Shown: positions 9,984 through 20,051, numbered from the stretch's first letter. The stretch: 64,000 bases of DNA from an uncultured delta proteobacterium (GCA_963735595.1 CAVTLK010000001.1:128001-192000); one strand, 5' to 3'. Made by a program: numbers and translations. Notes: generated from the letters alone by a model not told the origin.

Positions 9984-12221
9984 TCATATTGTTTTCTCTC
10001 TCATCATACGCCGTGTTTTATAGAAATCAGAATCTACCGGTTCGAACGCCGCTAAAAGGAGCAAAACATCTTCACTGCGTTCCATATTGTATTTCGCCAG
10101 AGAAGGTCTTAATCCTACCTTGATCGAAAACCCGTATTCCGGCAGGATCGAAAACATGTCTTCGTCCGTCACGTCGTCACCAATGGCAAGAATGAAATCC
10201 CACTTCTCTCGCGCGAGCCAGTGGCGAGACGCTCGTCCTTTATTTACGCCTTGATTCTTTATTTCGACAACCTTATTTCCTTCCAGAACCTGAAGATCGA
10301 GATTCGATGTCAACTGAGTTGTTTCATCGACAAGCTCGCGCGCCCTCCGCTGGCCGAGCTCCGGTTCAACCTTACGGTAGTGCCAGACGAGTGAGAAATC
10401 CTTTTCTTCGACGAATGACCCGGGGGTTCGATTCACGTAGTACTCCAAGATAGGTTTCAAGTCTTTCTTCCACGCGTTGGAAAGAGGTTCTATCATTTTC
10501 CACGAATCAGCCCCCTTTTCCTTAAGCCATACGCCGTGCTCGGCGACCATACCGACTCCGAGGTCCGAAAACCACGCATCGAGCGTTTCTCGGTCTCGGC
10601 CGCTGATGATGACTAACTCATTCCTCTTATCTGAGGAGAGCCCCGCAAGTACACGGAGGGCCGCAGGTGAGGGCACCGCACTCTCCGGCGTATCGGCGAA
10701 CGGGACGAGGGTTCCATCGTAATCCAATAAGAAGAGGCGTCCATCGCCCTGTGCGTACTCGGATAGAATTCTATTTTTCACCGAATCGGTAACTTCACGC
10801 ATCGCCATAGTGTGTTGCTGTTCCTTAGTTTTATCCAGCACGGATAGGAAATCTGCGGCCCACCTGCTGACATTATAAAAAGAAATTCTTTCTTGCATCG
10901 AGCCAACACGGCTGGCCTTTTCTTCCTCTCCCATCTCGAGGCCCGCCTTTATCTTATTTACAACTTCCGCCGTATCGTTAGGATTCACGATAATCGCCTC
11001 TCCCAGTTCGGCGGCTGCGCCGGCCATCTCGCTCAGGATTAGCACTCCCTGTTTATCCCGCTTTGTGGCGAGATATTCCTTCGCAACGAGATTCATTCCA
11101 TCACGGAGGGGAGTTATCAGAGCGATATCCGATACCTGGTATAACGCAACCAGTCTTGTAAAAGGGAGCGAGCGGTACAGATACCATACCGGGACCCACC
11201 CGATTGTCCCGTACCGGCCGTTGATCTTACCGACCAAGGTCTCGATCTGGCCCTTAAGAATCCTATATTGCTCCACCCGTTCCCGGGACGGGACGGTCAA
11301 CTGAATGAAGGTCACTTTTTCCCGATATTCCGGATACTCCTTCAAGAAAATCTCGATAGCCTCCAGCCGTTTAAGGAGGCCTTTGGAATAGTCAAGGCGG
11401 TCAACCGACAAGATAATCTTCCTGCTTCCTACCTTTTTTCTCAGATTAGCGATTTCTCTTTTGACCTCATCCTGTGCCGCAGTTTCGTGAAATTTCTCGT
11501 AATTAATGCCTATGGGGAAGATATCTGCCTTGACAACGCGGTCGTCGACGATAGTCTGTCCCAGGTTGAACTCGTGCCCGAGCAGTCGGTGGCAGCTTTT
11601 CATAAAGTGCTGCGCGTACTCGTAGGTATGAAAGCCGACCAGGTCGGAACCGAGTATCCCACTAAGGATTTGCTTCCTCCATGGCAACAATCGGAAAATC
11701 TCAAAAGATGGAAAGGGGATATGCAAGAAGAAACCGATAGACACACCCGGCAGCCGCTCCCGTATCATCTGCGGTAATAACAGCAGATGATAGTCGTGAA
11801 TCCATAGTACGTCGTCCGGTTGAGCCACATCGGTTACGGCGGCGCAGAAGCTGGCGTTGACCTTAACGTAGCTTCTCCAGAGCTCTTCGTCGTAGACAGT
11901 GTTGAGAGGGAAATAGTGAAACAGCGGCCAGAGGGTTTTGTTTGAGAAGCCATAGTAGAACCTCTCAAGCGCCTCCTGTGACAGGAATACCGGATGGCTC
12001 TTATACGTATCCTTAAGGTATCCGGTGATTTCATCGCGCTCGGTTTTGGTTATCCTGTCGGAAGTAATTCCCGGCCATCCGATCCATAGAGATGAATATT
12101 CCTGATAGAATGAGCTCACGGCCGTAGCCAGGCCGCCGACGCTCTGTTTGTAGTTCAGGCCTTCCTTCCCTTTCTCGATATTCACCGGGAGCCTGTTGGA
12201 TATAATCAGTAGTCTTTTCAT
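9984..12221 (-). CDS. Bifunctional trehalose-6-phosphate synthase/phosphatase (fused OtsA-OtsB, TPSP)
   Basis: SNRLP, WIHDYHL, FLHIPFPS, DRLDYSKG, DGMNLVAKE; HAD domain DYDGTL and GDDVTDEDMF. Confidence 0.93.
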   Translation of the reverse strand: MKRLLIISNRLPVNIEKGKEGLNYKQSVGGLATAVSSFYQEYSSLWIGWPGITSDRITKTERDEITGYLKDTYKSHPVFLSQEALERFYYGFSNKTLWPLFHYFPLNTVYDEELWRSYVKVNASFCAAVTDVAQPDDVLWIHDYHLLLLPQMIRERLPGVSIGFFLHIPFPSFEIFRLLPWRKQILSGILGSDLVGFHTYEYAQHFMKSCHRLLGHEFNLGQTIVDDRVVKADIFPIGINYEKFHETAAQDEVKREIANLRKKVGSRKIILSVDRLDYSKGLLKRLEAIEIFLKEYPEYREKVTFIQLTVPSRERVEQYRILKGQIETLVGKINGRYGTIGWVPVWYLYRSLPFTRLVALYQVSDIALITPLRDGMNLVAKEYLATKRDKQGVLILSEMAGAAAELGEAIIVNPNDTAEVVNKIKAGLEMGEEEKASRVGSMQERISFYNVSRWAADFLSVLDKTKEQQHTMAMREVTDSVKNRILSEYAQGDGRLFLLDYDGTLVPFADTPESAVPSPAALRVLAGLSSDKRNELVIISGRDRETLDAWFSDLGVGMVAEHGVWLKEKGADSWKMIEPLSNAWKKDLKPILEYYVNRTPGSFVEEKDFSLVWHYRKVEPELGQRRARELVDETTQLTSNLDLQVLEGNKVVEIKNQGVNKGRASRHWLAREKWDFILAIGDDVTDEDMFSILPEYGFSIKVGLRPSLAKYNMERSEDVLLLLAAFEPVDSDFYKTRRMMREKTI

Positions 12222-12262
12222 ATGTTAGCTCCCTTGCAGTTAGTCGGAGTGTGATAACGGAC

Positions 12263-13501
12263 TTATGACTCGACGGCGGTTATCTCTTCCGCCACGAGGT
12301 GTTCCTTGAATATATTCAACCAGTCAAGCATAAGTCGTGTGATCAGGAAATTCTTTCTGATATGCTCATGACCATTCTCACCTAATTTCTCCCTTAATTC
12401 CCTATCCTTTATGAGCCTGATCACGTCCTCGCTGAATCCCTTGATGTCGTAAGGGTCATGGAGAAAGCCCGTTTCCCCATCAATAATCTGAAAGGGAATC
12501 CCCCCCACTCGGGAGCCGACAACCGGTGTTTTCTTGTAGAGTGCCTCGGCGACGACCAGACCGAACCCTTCCCTATTGGACTTCTGAATGACGACGGTCG
12601 ATTCCCGCTGGAGGGCATTCACGAGTATGTTGTTTTCCACCAAGAGTAACACAATGTCGTTCTGATAGCGGTGCCTCGCCCACGCCTGTCTAACAGTATT
12701 ATATATTGCCTCTCCTTCTGGATCGTCCTTGGCCAGGGAGCCAATCAAGACGAGCTGGCAATCAACCCTACTTCTCACAAGCTCAAAGACCTTGAGAACA
12801 CCAAGCGGGTCCTTGAATTTATCGAATCGCGATACCTGGGTAATAATCGGTCTTGTCCGGTCAATCTTGAACTTATCGAGATACTTCGCAACCGTCGCCT
12901 CGGGGATATACCTGTTCTTGAGTGACAGCGGATCGATCGCCGGAAAGACAATGGTTTGGGGTATGGTAATGTCGTCTTTTCTGTAGTGGTCGTGGGAGAT
13001 AATGAGCCGATCGTACCTATTAATAAAGGTCTTCAGATAATCCCAAACAAGCTGATTTGGCTCCGTTACATCAACATGGAGCCTGAATACCCAGGGTTGT
13101 TTTTTCTCATAGAATGATATAAGGGGAAGCGGTTGCGGGTCGTGAATCATGACAAGGTCGTGATCAAGATGGGTAAACTTCGAGAATCGTCTATTGGTCT
13201 CAAGATAAATGTCCGTCTTCCTCGACGAAAAGTTAATCGTTTCACCCTGAAGCGCATTGTGAAGCTTTTTCGTTATCGCAAAAAAATCGGGAGTACCGTG
13301 GAGTATCCTCCATCCCAGTTTTAGTCCTACCTCGTCAAAAAGCGGGATCATGCTGTTGAGCATTTCCGCGACCCCGCCACCCTGATACGTAGAGCTGACA
13401 CACACGATGTGTTTGTCTCTCAACTCCCACCCGCTATGAAGAATGTTGTTGATGACCGATTTGCCCGCCAGCCTTAGATAGTCTTTGATAGTTCTTTTCA
13501 T
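12263..13501 (-). CDS. treT: GT4 glycosyltransferase, trehalose synthase TreT-like
   Basis: GGGVAEML, IHDPQP, QVSRFDKFKDPLG, REGFGLVVAEA. Confidence 0.8.
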   Translation of the reverse strand: MKRTIKDYLRLAGKSVINNILHSGWELRDKHIVCVSSTYQGGGVAEMLNSMIPLFDEVGLKLGWRILHGTPDFFAITKKLHNALQGETINFSSRKTDIYLETNRRFSKFTHLDHDLVMIHDPQPLPLISFYEKKQPWVFRLHVDVTEPNQLVWDYLKTFINRYDRLIISHDHYRKDDITIPQTIVFPAIDPLSLKNRYIPEATVAKYLDKFKIDRTRPIITQVSRFDKFKDPLGVLKVFELVRSRVDCQLVLIGSLAKDDPEGEAIYNTVRQAWARHRYQNDIVLLLVENNILVNALQRESTVVIQKSNREGFGLVVAEALYKKTPVVGSRVGGIPFQIIDGETGFLHDPYDIKGFSEDVIRLIKDRELREKLGENGHEHIRKNFLITRLMLDWLNIFKEHLVAEEITAVES

Positions 13502-13648
13502 AAAAAGTCCTTATTACTAATTGTGTCATTTCAGGTTACGAGGTGGAGCCGTCGACTAATGGTCTTCTCGTCGACCACGTTCCTGCGTTTATTAACTGCT
13601 CCATACGTGTATTCAAGCGCGCCAACTAGACGGCCATTAGGATACGTG

Positions 13649-13681
13649 GGGTGGGGCGATGATCTCGCCCCACCCGTTTTT
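13649..13681 (+). terminator. GC-rich hairpin with T-tract on the + strand, antisense to the flanking genes
   Basis: GGGTGGGGCGA/TCGCCCCACCC followed by GTTTTT. Confidence 0.55.
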
Positions 13682-13721
13682 GTACAGACCGATTCCCGAA
13701 TCCCTCTATTACGGCGTGTCG

Positions 13722-15248
13722 CTACTTCTTTTTCTTAGTCGTTGTCCTTTTATCTGATTCGATTGACTTCATCCATTCATCGATCTTTCGCGACGCCATT
13801 TCCCTGCCACCGATGCCGAACGCGATCGCAGCAGCCACGGCCACCGATCCAAGCAACAGCCCGAACGCAATGGTTATTATCTGAGTCGCCAATCCCATCT
13901 CGCTCAGTGCCATCGCACCGGCCAGGAGTATAATGGCAACCCTAGCAATCATGGCCAGGAACCCCGCCTGGGACCTGCCCGTAGCGGAGATCGCTCGAGC
14001 CGCAAGGCCGGCAAGGTAGTAACCGATTGCGAAGATAACCAAACCAAGCGCTACTCGACCGATCATGAGGATAAACATCGACAGGAGTTGTGAGAGAACA
14101 TTGAAACCGAGAAGGTTCAGGGCCTCGACCGAAGCAAGAAGCATAACCACCACCAGGATGATCGTTCCGACTATCGCCGAGGGAGACGTCTTTTCGCCTA
14201 CCAGCTTCTCGGAGACTCCGATCTTCACCAGCATTTGGTCGAATCCCGCCCCTGCAAGCAGGTTGGAGATAAGCTCGGTTAGCCATCGCCCAATGACGTA
14301 CGCCAGCGCCAGGAGCAGTATCGCCGCAAAGATCGATGGAACTGCCGCGAGGATAATACCAAGCATTTCACTGGCAGGCTGGGTGATCGCCGTCAGGTTA
14401 AGGGCATTGAGCGCCGCAATAAAGACCGGGATCAGGATCAGGACGTAAACCAGAAGTCCGAGGACCGACGAAAGCTTTTGTTTTCCAAGGACCGGAGCAA
14501 AACCGATTCTCTCGGAAAAGGAGTCGACGCCGACGGCGGCCAAGAGGCTGGCCACCACCCGCTGAATGATGCGGGCAAAAAACCAGCCGATAAGGACTAT
14601 TAGTATCGCCACAAAGATACTCGGAAGGAAACCCAGGATATTGTCAATCATGCCGCGCACCGGTTCCAGGAGACCGGACAGCTTTAATACCCCGAGCACT
14701 GCAGGCAAGAACAGGAGAATGATGAGCCAGTAGGCGGCGGCTGCAATGGACTGGGTAACCTTAACTTTGCCTCCCTTCTCAACCGCGAGGTCTCCCAAAC
14801 GCTCATCGAGTTTCGTGGCCGTGAGGGCCTTGAGCAGCAGGAACCTAACCACGAGTGCCACGACCCACGCCAGGAGCAGTATCAGAGCCGCGGCAATAAG
14901 GCTCGGTAGATATCCGAAAACGAGAACGAGAAAGTTGTTGAGGGGGTCGGTTACAATGGTAAGACCCAGTGCCTGGAAGAAGGCGACCAGCACAAAGATC
15001 ATGATAAACCAGAAGAAGAACCTGCCCGTCCATTTTTCAATACTAACCGCCTTAACCTCCGTTCCCCCAATCCCGGCCAGTTTGTCGGATAGTTTCGATT
15101 TAGCAAGTGACCGGCGAATTAGTGAAGAGACGATAAGGGCGAGGACCCATCCGAGCACCAGGATGACAACCGCTCCCGCGAGGCTGGGGAGATAGGACCC
15201 CATCAATTCGCCGATTTTTGCCAAGATATTCTCAACTAATAGTTTCAT
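13722..15248 (-). CDS. Mechanosensitive-channel-associated repeated TM-helix protein (CmpX-like)
   Basis: Four repeats of (Y/F)LPS(L/I)xAA-TM-GW; C-terminal AAAIAFGIGGRE. Confidence 0.75.
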   Translation of the reverse strand: MKLLVENILAKIGELMGSYLPSLAGAVVILVLGWVLALIVSSLIRRSLAKSKLSDKLAGIGGTEVKAVSIEKWTGRFFFWFIMIFVLVAFFQALGLTIVTDPLNNFLVLVFGYLPSLIAAALILLLAWVVALVVRFLLLKALTATKLDERLGDLAVEKGGKVKVTQSIAAAAYWLIILLFLPAVLGVLKLSGLLEPVRGMIDNILGFLPSIFVAILIVLIGWFFARIIQRVVASLLAAVGVDSFSERIGFAPVLGKQKLSSVLGLLVYVLILIPVFIAALNALNLTAITQPASEMLGIILAAVPSIFAAILLLALAYVIGRWLTELISNLLAGAGFDQMLVKIGVSEKLVGEKTSPSAIVGTIILVVVMLLASVEALNLLGFNVLSQLLSMFILMIGRVALGLVIFAIGYYLAGLAARAISATGRSQAGFLAMIARVAIILLAGAMALSEMGLATQIITIAFGLLLGSVAVAAAIAFGIGGREMASRKIDEWMKSIESDKRTTTKKKK

Positions 15249-15271
15249 GACATCCTCCTATTGTTAGTTCC

Positions 15272-16354
15272 CTATTTATAAAGCTTTTTCGTAAACTCCC
15301 CGGCGTTTCCGGTCTCCTGTTGACGAACGTAGAGCGTTCTGATGGGAAACGGGATCTCGATACCCTCTTCGTTGTACCGCTCGTGGAGCTTTTTGATGAA
15401 TTCGTGTTTTACGACGTATTGATTGACGTACTCCTTGACCCTCAGAATGACCGTGAAGTTTATGCTGAAGTCATCGAACGTATGGTAGCGAAGGAAGGGT
15501 TCAAAAGTAGGGATCGCGCCATCGACCTCTTCCATGACACTCCGCGCTACTTCCTTCGTGATCCGCTCTACCTCCTTAAGGTCGCTATCGTACGCGACAC
15601 CGACTTGAATCAATACCGACATCTCCTGCTCGGGTCTGCAGAAGTTCGTGACGATACTGGATGCGAGTTTCGAGTTGGGAACGATTATCATATTGTTGGC
15701 CAATGCACGGATCGTCGTATTCCTCCAGTTGATGTCGGTTATGTATCCCTCTTCTCCGGACGAGAGTTTGATGTAGTCGCCCGGCTTTACCTTTTTCGAG
15801 GCAATTAGCTGAATTCCAGAGAAAAGGTTCGAGAGCGTATCCTGAAGCGCCAGGGCCGCCGCCAGTCCGCCGACACCCAGGGCTGTGAGGATCGGCGCAA
15901 TGGAAATACCAAGAAATTGGAGGATCACGAGAACACCCAGCAAGTAGGTAATAACCAATGTGATGTTGGTGAACATTGTAGTTGATTTAAAGGAGCCTTT
16001 GATGTTTTTCAAGTAACCCTGCACAAAGCCGGAAATAATCCGAGCGGTTAGTATCGTGACCGAAAAGATTAGGATGACCGAAACTATTTCCCCGGCGATG
16101 GTAATAATGCTATTACTTACTGGCGAGCTTATAAGTCCTAAATACGTTCCCCCAGTAATAAACCATATCAGGATAATTCCTCGAAGAGAATTTACAATTA
16201 TATTGCCAAGGCTGTTATGAGTACGAGTAACCAGAACCCTAATTCTTACAATAAAAATCTTTTCTATGACTAATCCAGTAACAATTCCGATCAGAACAAG
16301 TAGTATAGGAATAGTCCAGGATGACATGACGATAAAATCAATTATTGTATTCAT
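15272..16354 (-). CDS. mscS: Small-conductance mechanosensitive channel MscS family
   Basis: LGVGGLAAALALQDTLSNLFSG, GDYI, IVPNSKL, GVAYDSD, GIEIPFP; start could lie upstream at 16420. Confidence 0.9.
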   Translation of the reverse strand: MNTIIDFIVMSSWTIPILLVLIGIVTGLVIEKIFIVRIRVLVTRTHNSLGNIIVNSLRGIILIWFITGGTYLGLISSPVSNSIITIAGEIVSVILIFSVTILTARIISGFVQGYLKNIKGSFKSTTMFTNITLVITYLLGVLVILQFLGISIAPILTALGVGGLAAALALQDTLSNLFSGIQLIASKKVKPGDYIKLSSGEEGYITDINWRNTTIRALANNMIIVPNSKLASSIVTNFCRPEQEMSVLIQVGVAYDSDLKEVERITKEVARSVMEEVDGAIPTFEPFLRYHTFDDFSINFTVILRVKEYVNQYVVKHEFIKKLHERYNEEGIEIPFPIRTLYVRQQETGNAGEFTKKLYK

Positions 16355-16440
16355 AATAATGACTCTCTTAGGTTTGTTTTGTAATAGATCATTCGTGTAA
16401 CCAGCAGTAGTATCTATCACTACAAGATCAGATTTCCGTA

Positions 16441-16701
16441 CTATTTCCCTGTCTCTGCTGACACATCATTCATACTAAGTATTTCAAATAAACCTTCAAT
16501 CACCTGCATATGATATCTATTCACTCTCAATTGGATATCTATAAGCTCTTTACCGATTCTATATAATAAACATTGTTCTGCCGGTTTGCTGGTAGATAAT
16601 GTTTCCTGTTGATTGACATCTGATTCCAAACCTGATGCAGTAGTTGAAAAACAAATCATTGCAGCAAATAATATTGCTATCCTATAAACGTTTCCTTTCA
16701 T
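16441..16701 (-). CDS. Small hypothetical secreted protein (86 aa)
   Basis: RBS AGGAGG; signal-peptide-like N-terminus MKGNVYRIAILFAAMICFSTTASG. Confidence 0.55.
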   Translation of the reverse strand: MKGNVYRIAILFAAMICFSTTASGLESDVNQQETLSTSKPAEQCLLYRIGKELIDIQLRVNRYHMQVIEGLFEILSMNDVSAETGK

Positions 16702-16768
16702 TTTATTCCTCCTAATATCACGCGAGAAATATCGTGAAATCAAGGTATTCTTTGTAGTGCCCGTAAGC

Positions 16769-17158
16769 TTAGATCCGGTGAGCGTTAGCTTCTTTCGGTA
16801 AAAGGGGATCTATGATGAAATGGTCCGAAACAGTCAATGATTCCGGTTGATGTCTATACAATCTATAATACCGTAGGATTTTTGGTGACAGAAAGAGGAC
16901 AAGTCCGTCTTGCTTTGGCATGATAAACGCCGCGTGTTTTGACAGTATCTTGAGGTGTTTGAGAAGCTGATTGATACTATTTTTCTTATAATCAACGAAT
17001 GGTACCAACTCCTCCGCTTTTTTTAGCAGCCGTCTGAGTCTCAAGAAGTTTTTCTCGATTCCAGATCTAACACCGATCGCGGGAACGAAGATCGATATGC
17101 ACGGGCCGTCCTTCTTGCCTATCAGCCTTTTTATGTCTTTTAGTGAGATCGAATACAT
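16769..17158 (-). CDS. Protein resembling the N-terminal part of bacterial archaeo-eukaryotic release factor (baeRF3/baeRF7) families
   Basis: GPCISIFVP...RLRRLLKKAE...DGLVLFLS...YYRL...VSDHFIIDPLL; only 129 aa; RBS AGGAG. Confidence 0.55.
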   Translation of the reverse strand: MYSISLKDIKRLIGKKDGPCISIFVPAIGVRSGIEKNFLRLRRLLKKAEELVPFVDYKKNSINQLLKHLKILSKHAAFIMPKQDGLVLFLSPKILRYYRLYRHQPESLTVSDHFIIDPLLPKEANAHRI

Positions 17159-17260
17159 TGTGTTTTAGTCCTCTCCTAAGTTAAAAGAGATTTTCTCCTT
17201 TATCCAACTCGTATTGGAGTGCCGCCGTTATTGCGGCCATTCTTCTTAAGAAAATCCCCG

Positions 17261-17626
17261 CTAAAGGGTTTCCATCACCGTCTTCAGCATCGTGATGCTT
17301 ATCGGTTTTTCAAAACAGAATTCGGCTTCCCTTCCGAGAAATTTCCGTACTCTTTCTTCTGAATCTTTCTTGGGGACAATAGTTATAATTGATGCCTTTG
17401 ATTGAAAGATTCTTAAATAGTTAAGTATTTGATCAGATCTAGTGTCGAATGAATCCAGGTCGGCAACGACCACGTCAAATGGTTTAAGAAAGGGTTTGTT
17501 GAATACATCGTTTACATCCCTTGCTATAAAAACATTGTGTTCGGCGATAGTTAGCTTTTTTATCAACACATCAAGCAATAAATCTTCTTTTCCAATAATA
17601 AGAAATCTTCTACCCTTCTTTATCAT
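17261..17626 (-). CDS. Single-domain response regulator receiver, atypical
   Basis: PFDVVVAD, ASIITI, EKPI; acidic pocket degenerate (IIGKED). Confidence 0.7.
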   Translation of the reverse strand: MIKKGRRFLIIGKEDLLLDVLIKKLTIAEHNVFIARDVNDVFNKPFLKPFDVVVADLDSFDTRSDQILNYLRIFQSKASIITIVPKKDSEERVRKFLGREAEFCFEKPISITMLKTVMETL

Positions 17627-17784
17627 AGTATATCCCTCGGGATTGGAAGAATTGCTATAAAAGCAATGATGAGGTTCCTCGACGTTCCTATCTAATGTGC
17701 AATATCAGTAATTTATCGTCAACATCATGAACAAAAAATATCAAACCATCCGCGTCAATGACGATCCTTCCGGTAAAACGTTTC

Positions 17785-18171
17785 TTATAACTCCCTCTTC
17801 TCCCAGTGCTGGATCATACTGGTAACAATTGAGAGCAGTATCCTTGTATCCCAATCCATGTAGCCAACAAAACGGGGTCGTAATAGGTGAGCGAGTGCGG
17901 TTGTCTTCGGGTCATGATCGTTCAGGATGAGAATTGAGGGTATGGATCTCAATAAATCCTGCAGGGATAGTATTTGCGATAGCTCTTGCTCCGAATCAAC
18001 GAAGAGGAGGGCCATTATTTTGTTATGCGATGGGCGTTTTAGTCTTTCCGTGAGTACCCCAAACGCATCTATAATCTCCACGTTTGCCCGTATCTGTTCT
18101 GCCATAACCATGTCGTGGAATTGTTTTTTTATTAACTGTCTTTGATGGGTATATAAGAGAAGGTCTACCAT
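17785..18171 (-). CDS. Hypothetical protein, possibly degenerate receiver-like fold
   Basis: RBS GGAG; 128 aa alpha/beta pattern ILILND...HLLRPRF; co-oriented in the cluster. Confidence 0.6.
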   Translation of the reverse strand: MVDLLLYTHQRQLIKKQFHDMVMAEQIRANVEIIDAFGVLTERLKRPSHNKIMALLFVDSEQELSQILSLQDLLRSIPSILILNDHDPKTTALAHLLRPRFVGYMDWDTRILLSIVTSMIQHWEKREL

Positions 18172-18246
18172 ATAGTATTCTCCGATTTTTGATTGTTCGT
18201 GTAATACTCGATATGAGGGTACGCTTCTTGCGTGTTGATAGCCATA

Positions 18247-18624
18247 TCAGTCGACGTATTCCATGGTATTGTGCAAATACGCTTTAATATGGTCTATCTT
18301 GATGGGCTTTTCCATGCTATAATCAGCTCCTTCCTGAAACACCCGGACTGAAACGTCCTCCTTGCCGGACGGGACTATTGCGAAGATGGATGCCTCGGGT
18401 TGGACATCTCGAAGATCCCCGATAAGTCCGATACCTTCTTTGCCGAGCGAATCCACATCCACGATGATAAGGTCAAAAGGCCCGGTCGAAGCTTTATGAT
18501 AGCCTCTTGACTCATTGGAGGCGCTCAGGACGATACGATGCTCCGAGCCTATCCAGTATTTGAGAAGATCCGAAAGAATGGGATCTTTCTCTACGACTAA
18601 TATGTTCTGTTTCTTTTTTCTCAT
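18247..18624 (-). CDS. Single-domain response regulator receiver, atypical
   Basis: ILVVEKD, PFDLIIVD, GADYSMEKPI; conserved T/S absent (IFAIV). Confidence 0.75.
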   Translation of the reverse strand: MRKKKQNILVVEKDPILSDLLKYWIGSEHRIVLSASNESRGYHKASTGPFDLIIVDVDSLGKEGIGLIGDLRDVQPEASIFAIVPSGKEDVSVRVFQEGADYSMEKPIKIDHIKAYLHNTMEYVD

Positions 18625-18690
18625 CGCTACATAGTATGCATCAACGAACAACGGATCAGGCTCATGGATAGTATCCGTTTTCGAGCACGT

Positions 18691-19824
18691 TTACCGGTTT
18701 ATGGCTACCCTGTTATACAAGGGTTCATTCTCAACGGCCGGATGGCGTTCGCGACCGTAGTCATCGAGCCAGTATGCCTCGGGATTGTTCCTGAACACGA
18801 GAATGCGCGAGGCGTCCTTTTGATTGACCGCCTCGTGATACTTGAAATACGTGTAGCCGTCGGACTTCCCGATGATCTCAATCTTTCCGCTCGCGTGCGA
18901 CATGATCAGTTTTGCCCGCTTGGCCAGGCCTGAAACGAACCGCTTGGCCTCCTTGAAGATCTCGAAGGTGAGTTCAACCGGAACCGCGTAGGGCAAGTTA
19001 CCGTAAACCGGTCTGCACTGAAAAACATAGTACGGAGGCACCCCAACAAATGAGAGCTTTCTAAAGAGGTCTGCCAGGGTATCAGGATCATCATTGACTC
19101 CACGAATGAGGGGAGTCTGGTTTGCCATGATAGCCCCCGCCGTGCGGAGGAGTTCCAACGCATCGACGGCCTGTTCTGTCAGCTCTCGCGGATGATTGAA
19201 ATGGGTCATGATATAGATACGCTTCTCCTGTGTGGAGTGAGTTTTGATTACATCGAGAAGGTTCTGATCCTCGGTAATCCTGAAGGGATTGAAAGCCGGT
19301 ATTTTTGTCCCAATCCGTATGATTTGTACATGCGGGATTTCTCGCAGTGTTCTTAAAATCACCCCAAGTTTTTCGCTGGAGAGCAACAACGGGTCACCAC
19401 CCGAAAGCAGCACGTTGGTGATACAAGAGTGCTTTCGGATGTAATCGTATGCCTCAGTAAGATCGGTCACGGCTTCCTCGTTTTCATCGAGGAAGAGACG
19501 CTTTCTGAAACAGAACCGGCAGAATCCACCGCATACGTTATTGACTAAAAGCACCGCCGTCGAAGAGTACTTATGCTGCAGTCCCGGTACCTTCGTATGC
19601 ACGTCCTCGTGAGACGCATCAAGGGTCCCCCATTCGCTTAACTCCTCATTATCGGGGATCACTATACGGGCGATCGGGTCTTTCGGGTCGGTAAAGTCGA
19701 TAAGCGAGAGATAGTAATCGTTTGCCCGAAAATGGAATAGCTTCGATACACTCCTAATCCTTTCCGTCCGTGTTCGGGGAAGACCGGGTATCTTTTCAAT
19801 CCTGGTGATATAGCTTGTCTTCAT
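18691..19824 (-). CDS. kamA: KamA family radical SAM (lysine 2,3-aminomutase-like) protein
   Basis: GLQHKY, CGGFCRFCFRKR (CxxxCxxC), LLSGGDPL, IIRIGT, HFNHPRE, NQTPLIRGVND, PYYVFQC. Confidence 0.85.
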   Translation of the reverse strand: MKTSYITRIEKIPGLPRTRTERIRSVSKLFHFRANDYYLSLIDFTDPKDPIARIVIPDNEELSEWGTLDASHEDVHTKVPGLQHKYSSTAVLLVNNVCGGFCRFCFRKRLFLDENEEAVTDLTEAYDYIRKHSCITNVLLSGGDPLLLSSEKLGVILRTLREIPHVQIIRIGTKIPAFNPFRITEDQNLLDVIKTHSTQEKRIYIMTHFNHPRELTEQAVDALELLRTAGAIMANQTPLIRGVNDDPDTLADLFRKLSFVGVPPYYVFQCRPVYGNLPYAVPVELTFEIFKEAKRFVSGLAKRAKLIMSHASGKIEIIGKSDGYTYFKYHEAVNQKDASRILVFRNNPEAYWLDDYGRERHPAVENEPLYNRVAINR

Positions 19825-19939
19825 ATCTGATTCTCCCATCTTTTGTACAATGAAAATTGATTCGTGTAATCCTTCCTATTCCCGTCCGAATCAACACCTG
19901 ATACGCGTTGGATATCGAATGTCTCTAATCAATAATAAA

Positions 19940-19956
19940 AGCAAGATTGATGCCAG
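19940..19956 (-). promoter_or_regulatory. Sigma54 (-24/-12) promoter upstream of the kamA cluster
   Basis: Minus strand CTGGCATCAATCTTGCT = TGGCA-N6-TTGCT with exact GG-N10-GC spacing, directly downstream of a sigma54 activator gene. Confidence 0.75.
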
Positions 19957-20051
19957 AATCTCCGAGAAACAAAAAGTGTAATCATTACAGATAAATGCCT
20001 TTCGCTCAAGAATCTTAGCTCTTTGTATAGGCGCGCAGGATAATCGCGAGG

